Source: Tubiluchus corallicola (taxonomy: Eukaryota; Animalia; Priapulida). Taken from it: a stretch of DNA of 32,462 nt. The notes below the pieces were generated by a model. It was not told the origin of the DNA. It saw only the letters and a program-made list of their open reading frames with translations, and searched no databases. A program made the position numbers and the translations under genes. Positions 22,801 to 32,462 of the stretch are shown here, in pieces. The DNA lies in NCBI GenBank assembly GCA_030141605.1, contig JAQGDQ010001616.1, forward strand, positions 1 to 32,462, given 5' to 3'. Every line of letters begins with the position of its first letter. The stretch's first letter is position 1.

Positions 22801-25800
22801 AGTTCAACCTGTACATAATTTTCTTTTTGTACTTGCCAATATATGTAATGTTAATTGCATATTTGGGCAATAAATCTGAATTGAATTGTGAAGCTCTTAT
22901 TAGAGAGTGCACTTTTATTGATAGGCTGCAATGACCACATGGGAGGGTTGGAAAGTTATCCTACAACATCTTGATGTTATACAGATGATGCTTATGTGCA
23001 GACTTTGTGGAAAAGTTAAACACCTGAAAACATTTTGACTACAGAGACGAAAACAGGAATGGAATAAAATTATTCTAATCTAATTACAAAAAAATTATGA
23101 CTAAGTACAGATGCCTTCAACAAAGACCACGCTGTGTGACCCATATTTCAAACTCAAAACAGGAGTTGAACATGTGACCTGCACAGAGACAGGTAACACT
23201 TCCCCCCACTGAAACTAACATATGAAACCAAAGGATTATAATTTGTTTTTGTTTAAAACAATTCTTGTTTATTCGCAGTGATATAACTATGAATACGGCT
23301 TCAAAATTCAAAATGACCTAACTTAGCTGTCCTTTTCACCAGCAAGTATTACCTTGAGTACTCGTTCAAAAAAATCTTTAGTGACGGTACTTTTCTCGCA
23401 AACGATTACGTTCTGATGCCGAAATTTTTGGGTTTAATTTTGTAGAATAACAATCACTTCCGAAGCACTCAACAGAACAACAAAATGAAAATGTGCTTCA
23501 CACCTGCAAACACGGGAAATCTTCGGAATCCGTCTTTGAGAAAGGCCGATCTATGGGCAGAAAAATATGCATGATTTTGGTGAGACTGTCAGCCGGCGCG
23601 CGGTAAAAATGCGACAAGTAAAAATGGAACAGGAAAAAATGGCACATAATATTATTTTAATGTAATTGATTTCTGTAATAAAATTAGATCGCGCTTAGTA
23701 AGAAGCAGATCTCTACCAAAGCCAAACAATCCTATACTTAATGGTCAGATTCGTTTGATTCAAAGATGCTTAACACAAAGATAAAAAAGCAAACATGCAA
23801 AAATGTATATGTATTGATAATATATACACTAGCAAAAGAACCACAAAATAATTTTTCATTAAATTTATAATCAATAATATACGAATGTTCCACATAGTTT
23901 CTCTACCCTTTTCACCATTAGTTTTGACAGTGGTAGTAGAGTGCATGACAAATATGATACGTACCTAGTCATCTTATAGGGATATGCACATTAATAAGCA
24001 AAAGTTATAGACAGCGTTAAACAGCTGTACAAGCGAGATTTTCTCGAAATGGAACCTGGAACTAACTCGTAATTGCATGTCCCGGTGCAGATAATCAAAA
24101 GATGTACTAAACACTCCCTCTGAGACCTCCATGAAGTGCTTCACGAACGTTTTTTGTACGTGGTGTTTGGTCAAGTTTTGCGATGAAAGAATCAGTGAAA
24201 AGATTTCCATTTTGGCACCCTATATCCACATTTCCTCACAAAGTTTCTTGAAATCTGTTAGATATTTTTTGCGTAAAAGGCTTGCTGTGCCATCTTACCT
24301 ACATTCCTGACAGCCACTACTCAGAAATATTTAACTTATGTTATAAGCGTATTGCATACTTGATTACAGAGTGACACACTACAGAATAGTAACAACTAGT
24401 GCAAGAAATATCATCCGAAAGCTCTGTAAAGTTTGCTGGAGACGAATTTTCAAGAAATTATTGAGCCCTATTATACATAGAATCTGGCTCATAATCAATG
24501 TTTGATCAGATACAACACTGAAATAGCTGATGTGTCACAGCCAAATTTAGACATGAACGCATGTGATTCCTCAGTTGTTCTGCAAAGAAACTCAGCAAGG
24601 TAAATGAAATCTCCCACACCAGTAACAAACTTGGTAATCACCCATCTAACATCTAAACCTAGCCACTCACCAACAACGTCAGCGCCATTTTTAACTTCGG
24701 TTGCTAACACAAACTTCAGGTTGAGGCCACTCACCCTAATTCAGTATCCACCTCGATCAGTTATTCCTATGATGAATTGTAATCAAGTGTACATACAGCA
24801 ATTTCTATGGGAAAAACTACTCGTTACTACGGTAACGGCACAACGCTAAAAGTTTGCACTCTGTCATTTGCACGGCTTTCAAAATGCATGTGAGGTCTTA
24901 CTAAAAGCCAACGAAAAACTTACTCTGCAAATGGATAATTAGGTTTAAGAAAATTAAAATGTGGATTGTCAATAGTAACTTAGGCACTTTTACAGGAATA
25001 CTTCTCGTGTTTGTACGTGTTACTAATCATGTAGATCTACTCATTCTCAATATCATATCATCATCATCAACTTTAATATTTGGACAATTACAGCTTTCTG
25101 ATAGTATGTTTACTCCATTTTTGTGCACTAGTTCTTGTGTCCATAGTATTTTAACATTATGATTATATTTTGTTTGATTTTATCATGCATATTTTGTTTC
25201 CTTCACTGATTTATTATTTATGTTTTATTTTTTTTCTTTTGGTCTGACTTTTTTCTAGTTTGTTTTAATCGGCTAGTTAAACGCTCTACAAATTTTGTTA
25301 ATCATCATTTCATATTTTCCATTTTATTTTAATGCTTCTTTGTTGCATAGCCTATTTAGTTATTTCGCTCTCAAGTATAATTTCTTCCCCTATAAATTTA
25401 TGTTAACAGTAGATTTTCTTAACCTACTTCATAATTATATTACACCTTTCAATTAGCAGCGCTACAAATTTTTTACAAGTTACACTTGCCCTGAGAAGGG
25501 TAGGTGCCTTCATGACCAATTGGTCGTTCACTACCCTTTCTCCTGCACCCCCTAACTCTTTCCCTTATGCATAATTTATACTTTTTAATTAATAACTAAC
25601 AATAATAGTCTACTTGTATTCAGGTCTAAATAAGGAGATAAATAAAATGTCTATGTCTGCAGAACAAAAATTTAAAATATAAAAATTTATCTAGGTTTGA
25701 CATCGGACGGAATTACTAGGACCTAGAATTTAAAAAACAATAACAAAGCAATGTTCTATAAATGATTGTTATACTAACAGTTTATTAATTACATAACAAG

Positions 25801-27587
25801 CAATATAATAATTATTATTTTGACAGTTTTTACAACAAATACGGTAAACACTTTGTTGCAATTAAGTAGTTAACGCAAAGAATATGCGAAAAAAGCTTTT
25901 ACTTCTAACTAAATATCTACGGCTGCATGATTTCGCAGTTACTGGAAAGACATTAAATTGTACACAGTGCATTACTTCACCAAATAAAGGCATTTTTACA
26001 GCAGATCCATGAAAAAACGCAAAAAATATTGATGACAATTTATCTGGTATCGCGGAAAATGCAACACGGCGATAAATGTAATGTCAGAAGTACAGCATAT
26101 GGCAGTGTCAAATTATAACTAAATAAAGAAGATATGTGCCAGTTGAAGGTTGAAAGTCTGGCAATTCTGGAAAAATCAATAAGCGCTTTAAACACTCCTA
26201 CATCAGCAGCTCTCAATCGTTTTTTCAATGACGCTACATGCTGGATGGGACGGTACGACTGGCACGTACGTGACGGATGAAATCGTTGGGACACTGCGTT
26301 CCTTTTTGTTGGACCCTTTTTAACAGTTTCCTAGGCCACCCCGCTCCACACGAATTAGTTCTATATAATGTCCCAAAAATATCTGGGCCTAACATAAACT
26401 ATACTGCCCAAATAATAATCTTATTGACCCTTTAGATTCTAAGATTATGAAACTGTAACTGACTGTGAGATGATAATGATCAAAGCAAGGCAAAATTACT
26501 TGCAGATCTTGTAGCATTCTTAGACATTAACAGTGGTACCCCCGGGGGTGCATGTCACGACACCCCAATTAAAAAACGCTGATCCAAACACAAAACAAAT
26601 TTCAGTCTTTGTTAAGCCAGTAAACTACACAGTAGTTACATATGTTAGTAATTTCTGCACAATTTACATCAGTAGTGGAAAAATTTGTCAAAAATCAATA
26701 CATTTGCGAGTTAAATTAATCTAGCTAACTCGGACGCACGATGGAATAAAACGCCCCAAATCGGGCAGACTAGACACCGCAATCATCATAATTATCGAAT
26801 CTTAATTAGCACTACAGAAAGAAACATTTCTCGATTATCTTTAAACAACAAAAGAAAAAATGTCCATAATATGTCATCTGCACCTATACAGCAAAATAAA
26901 TTCTCTTTACATACAAACTACAACTTTCAATAAACCCTGGCTCACCACCGGTGGCCGTGTCAGCTTCATAACACAATCTGTACAACAGAAGCCGCCTCAC
27001 ATTACAATTTTTCTAGCACTTGTAGAGAACACACATTTATTAGAAATAATTATATGGCATGCTATAACATTACTTATTGCGCTATGAACACTGATATATT
27101 TCTCAGAAATTTATTGGGCAAAATCTATAATTTTACTCAGCAGATGGCAGCACTGTACGACCGCAGCACAGCTAATAAGCACACTTAATAAAAATAATTA
27201 AATGACACACTGTAATTAATACCTGTTGCGCTATATTTCTCAGAAACTAATTAGGCATAATCTGACATTTTACCCTGCAGATGGCAGCACTGTACGACCG
27301 CAGCACATTTTGTCAATATTGGTACCAGAGCTATGCAAATCCGTGCACGACAAAATAATTTAGCAGATTTGGCTGCAGTCCAATTTTTCATTATCTATTC
27401 TACAGAAAATTAGATTAATACAGCTTTTCTTTTTCATATAATAACATTTTATACAGTAGGTAATTTTTTCCGTAAACAAACACACCAAAGTTAAAAACAA
27501 TCCTGCTACGTTCCAGCTGCTTCAAAAAGCTAGAACGGTCGAAGTTACACGGACTAACGGTTATTTACACGCAGGAAACTCCGTCCA

Positions 27588-28139
<552 letters not shown>

Positions 28140-28688
28140 TTAATATAATAAAATGAACTTGAACTTTTTTACATCATAATGGACAATAATGCTGTAGAGT
28201 GTAATTTTAATAACATAAAAATAATCGTCACAGCATCACACATATTCTCCCACTGTATAACTTGGCAGTGCCACACTTGTTGGTCTTTGTATGATGTAAT
28301 ATTTGTACACTTTTGCATTTGTCAGGCACATTATTTCTGGAACAACCTGTACCTAAAAAACTGTGCTCTAAAAGTGACTGAAACGTCAAAGCCATTCAAA
28401 ATTTTATAGTCTAGTATTCTGCATACTAATGCTCAGCACTTACTGACAAGGCTTACTGAACGTAGAAGCTTGTGGTAGTACCGGGACCCTAAATCTTACC
28501 TCATTATCAAAGGTAATCTCTCAAGATGCACCGGCAGTTTTGTTTTCTGCCACATTTGGATGTGCAAATCACCCTCATATAAGATAAACAACTGAGAACA
28601 GTAACCAATATTGAGCCAGTGGTCACTCACTCATTTACTAACCAGGTCATGTTGCTCGCTTTAAATAACAATAACTGAATGGCATTAC

Positions 28689-28847
28689 CTGCTGTGAACC
28701 AAGCATATTGCGCTTCTCACGCAGCTGTACTTCGGCTAAAATGATCTCCTCTCTGCGAAGAGTCTCTTCTAGGAGGCGTCGCTCCAATTCTTCTCTCCTT
28801 TCCCGTTCCTCCTCGAGCGCCATCATCTCGGCTTCTCTTTGTCTTAC
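28689..28847 (-). CDS. PHLDB: PHLDB penultimate exon (coiled coil VRQREAEMMALEEERERREELERRL...GSQQ)
   Basis: tgtttcag| and CAG|gtaatg boundaries, 159 nt, phase 0/0, E/R-rich helix preceding the RPLTRYLP segment. Confidence 0.88.
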
Positions 28848-29065
28848 CTGAAACAAGACAAACATGTTCAAACATGGAAACCACTAGTAAACGTAAAATT
28901 ACAAATCAAGCTTGCAGTAAGAACAAGACTTAAACTTGAAGTGAAAAATATGGTGGGCAGATGTTTCAACACAAAAGTTTTGCAGACGGAGGTAGTCTTG
29001 GCACTCAGTGTTTTGGACATAGAGAATTTGGTACCTGGGTGGCTGCACTGACTTGGGCACACACA

Positions 29066-29915
29066 TTTGAACACAGATTACTTTGGACACATGAGCAGGT
29101 TGTATTCAAGACAATTGGACGCGTAGGACATGCATTTTGGACATACCGGTCAGTTGGAGAAGAGATGCTTTGAACACAGATTACTTTGGACACATGACCA
29201 GGTTGTATTCAAGACGCTAGGACGCGAAGGTCATATATTTTGGACATACTGGTCAGTTGGAGAAGAGGTGCTTTGAACACAGATTACTTTGGACACATGA
29301 GCAGGTCGTATGCAAGACAATTGGACGCATAGGTCATGCATTTTGGACATACCGGTCAGTTGGAGAAGAGATGCTTTGAACACAGATTACTTTGGACACA
29401 TGACCAGGTTGTATTCAAGACGCTAGGACGCGAAGGTCATATATTTTGGACATACTGGTCAGTTGGAGAAGAGGTGCTTTGAACACAGATTACTTTGGAC
29501 ACATGAGCAGGTCGTATGCAAGACAATTGGACGCATAGGTCATATATTTTGGACATACAGATTACTTGGAGAAGAGGTGCTTTGAACACAGATTACTTTG
29601 GACACATGAGCAGGTTGTATTCAAGACGTTCGGACGCGTAGGTCATGCATTTTGGACATACCGGTCAGTTGGAGAAGAGGTGCTTTGAACACAGATTACT
29701 TTGGACACATGAGCAGGTTGTATTCAAGACGTTAGGAAGCGTAAGTCATATATTTTGGACATACAGATTACTTGGAGAAGAGGTGCTTTGAACACAGATT
29801 ACTTTGGACACATGAGCAGGTCGTATGCAAGACAATTGGACGCATAGGTCATGCATTTTGGACATACAGATTACTTGGAGAAGAGGTACTTTGAACACAG
29901 ATAATTTGGAGACAT
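29066..29915. repeat. 103-bp tandem repeat, about 8 copies, in a PHLDB intron
   Basis: tgaacacagattactttggacac recurs at 29068, 29171, 29274 ... 29892. Confidence 0.95.
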
Positions 29916-30784
29916 ACGTCTATGTCTCTGTGTCAAAGCCGCTGTCCAAAACCCCTGCAACCAACAACTAAGAATGAAGACAAAAGCTCTAGCAAAAACA
30001 CAAAAACAAACTTGAATCAATAAAAACAAATGACCTGAAATAAACACTGATCCACAAACCGGACTAGCAAATGAAATATTGTTAATAAACAGGAGTAAAC
30101 TTGAACTGGTAATGATAAAAGAATGAGAAAGTATGAAACAGCCATAAACGCGACAAGTAGAAAATGAATGAACAATTTATAATTGTAAATTCACAAATGT
30201 TGCAAAGACATTGAGAATAACTGAGTTATACTGAAATATCAAACATTTTCTACGTTTTTAACTCAGCATTCCATCATTGCTATCTGATACACAATAGAAG
30301 TTTTTATTGTTATGAGTTTCGCTTTTATTAATTTATGAGATTGTATATCTCCTATGCATTAATGATCCGTAGCAAACACAATGTACACGTAATTACAAAC
30401 ATTGCTATCATAATGTCGAGCAAATTTCAACAATTCTATTCAACCGTTTTATAGGTTTTTTTGCAAATGGTGTCAGAAATTGGGATCAGTCCAGATCGAT
30501 ATCCGACAGGAACGAAGTTCAAAAGAATTTCACTGCCTTAACGCTAGACGTGATTATTACGAATTCACGTAAAAAACTCACACGTATAGCGGGGTTAATT
30601 TATTATGTAAAATAGACGTTTGGCACAGCAAATGCGTTGGTAGATGGCGGTAGGTTTGCGGTTTTCAGAAAAGCCCGCGTCAATGAGGCGGCCATTGAGG
30701 TCACTTCACAGTTCGTCTCCAAATTCGTCTTTTGATTTGACATCCGATCATTTTTTTCATGCATTTTGTTATTCAATTTGGAAA

Positions 30785-31121
30785 TGTGTAAATCGAAAAT
30801 AAGGGCTTTTAAGGAGGAGTATAAGCAGAGAGAATACTACAAATAAATACATGTGTAAATTGAAAATAAGAGCTTTTAAGAAGGAGTATAAGTAGAGAGA
30901 ATACTACCAATAAATACACGTGTAAATTGAAAATAAGAGCTTTTAAGAAGGAGTATAAGTACAGAGAATACTACAAATAAATACACGTGTAAATTGAAAA
31001 TAAGGGCTTTTAAGGAGCATAAGTAGAGAGAATACTACAAATAAATACACGTGTAAATTGAAAATAAGGGCTTTTATGAAGTATGAGTAGAGAGAATACT
31101 ACAAATAAATACACGTGTAAA
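30785..31121. repeat. ~67-bp tandem repeat, about 5 copies
   Basis: gtgtaaattgaaaataagrgcttttaag...agagaatactacaaataaatacac; the later units are shortened. Confidence 0.92.
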
Positions 31122-31904
31122 AACTATTTTCTTGAAACTCAGATTGCTAAAAAATTTTAAGAGGAACGCGACAGATCTCTCTGAATTTCGAAATGGTACT
31201 TGGCTAGTAAAAGGCTAGGGAACCACTGATCTAGACAGTGACAATAACTCAACAATCTAATCACTCAGAATAGGCAGGATACGATTTACACCTCACAAAA
31301 TTGTTTTTGCCCACGAAGAGTTGTTCACTTGTGCCACATGGAGAAAAAAATACATGAAACTTAAAGTCATAAATCATTTAAACTTGAAAAAATAACTGTT
31401 GCGTTCTCTGATGAAGTCAAGATCCAAGAAAAGATATTACACGCACAATTTTAATACTGTGTTTCGGTTATGATACGGTAAAACCGGTTGTTACTAGATC
31501 TGCCCCGCTGATCTCTTTGTTTGCTGCGTCTGTGTTTAACAGAGAAAGTAAAAACCGGTCGTCGCTAGAAATGAGTGGATCTACCCCTATTTGACATTGT
31601 TTGTTGGGTTTGTCAGTAGATCCACCCCCTAATCTCATTGTTTACTAAACATGACTCAGCCTGGCTAATTAAGAATTATTATAAGCTTAATTCCACGTCA
31701 TTTAATTGGGCCAGTTGCTAGACGTAATTGCGCTTTGTTCAATAATACTGTACGAGGTCTTATAGGTTGGACAAACAACAAGGTATAAAACTGAGTTTAT
31801 AAGATCTACACGAGATCCATAAGATGCACGAGATCTACAACTACACTCTATCTACATCAGTGAGAAATAAATCTAAGGATGCGGCAAAGAAGAACAAAGA
31901 AGAT

Positions 31905-32462
31905 CGTATAGACTACAGAAGAGTAGGCTAGAGTAGAGAGCATGTAGGTTAGGCTACAGTAGAGAATAGAGTAGAGTAGGGTAGACCAGAGTAGAGTAGA
32001 AGAGAGTAGAGAACAGAATAGGGTACGCCACAGTAGAGAATAGAGTAGAGTAGAGTAGAAAAGATTAGAGTAGGCTAGAGTAGAGAGCATGTAGGTTAGG
32101 CTACAGTAGAGAATAGAGTGGAGGAGAGCAGATTAGAGTAGAGAATAGAATAGGGTAGTTTACAGCAGAGTAGATTAGAGTACGCAACAGTAGAGAATAG
32201 AGTAGAGTAGATTTTCTACGTAATACATCAAAATACATCACGCCAATTTCGAGCACTGTAATCATATGCATATCCAACAAATAATCTTTTTGACTCATTG
32301 TACACAATTTTGAGTTTTAAGATATTACAATTATTAAAATGTCAATAGATATTACAATAGAGTAGAGCAGAGCAATGTAGAGGAGAGTAGGTTAGAGTAG
32401 AGAATAGAGTAGGGTATATTACAGCAGAGTAGATTAGAGTAGAGCATGTAGATTAGGGCAGG
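31905..32462. repeat. Degenerate (AGAGT)n simple repeat with a ~140-bp interruption
   Basis: agagtagagtagagaatagagtag runs, with unique AT-rich sequence at about 32215-32355. Confidence 0.85.

Noticed and set aside
23950-24850. Possible additional gene between ZNG1 and PHLDB
   Set aside because: Only short ORFs with stops, no recognisable homology and no consistent exon chain.

Overview
AT-rich, intron- and repeat-rich animal (probably invertebrate) nuclear DNA, not prokaryotic. Four genes are supported. (1) The 3' end of eRF1/ETF1, with two + strand exons (1657-1731, 2507-2586) and one upstream eRF1 exon lying on the opposite strand (1046-1110). (2) A complete six-exon CPPED1 metallophosphoesterase on the - strand (18771->8414, 285 aa). 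(3) A ZNG1/CBWD COG0523 zinc-metallochaperone GTPase with an intronless CDS on the - strand (21295->20195, 366 aa). (4) The last two exons of a PHLDB/LL5 PH-domain gene on the - strand. The rest holds hAT-type MITEs with 8-bp TSDs, a TA-flanked Tc1/pogo-like element with a nested insertion, a solo LTR, LINE remnants, and 43-, 59-, 67- and 103-bp tandem arrays. The long ORFs at 4213-5692 and 1037-1783 are largely repeat artefacts. Best leads: the strand-inverted eRF1 exon, the intronless ZNG1, a recursive-splice-like AG|GTAAGA exon start in PHLDB, a solo LTR 18 nt from a CPPED1 acceptor, and intronic inverted repeats bracketing CPPED1 exons 2-4. Family assignments come from recognising motifs by eye, not from database searches.
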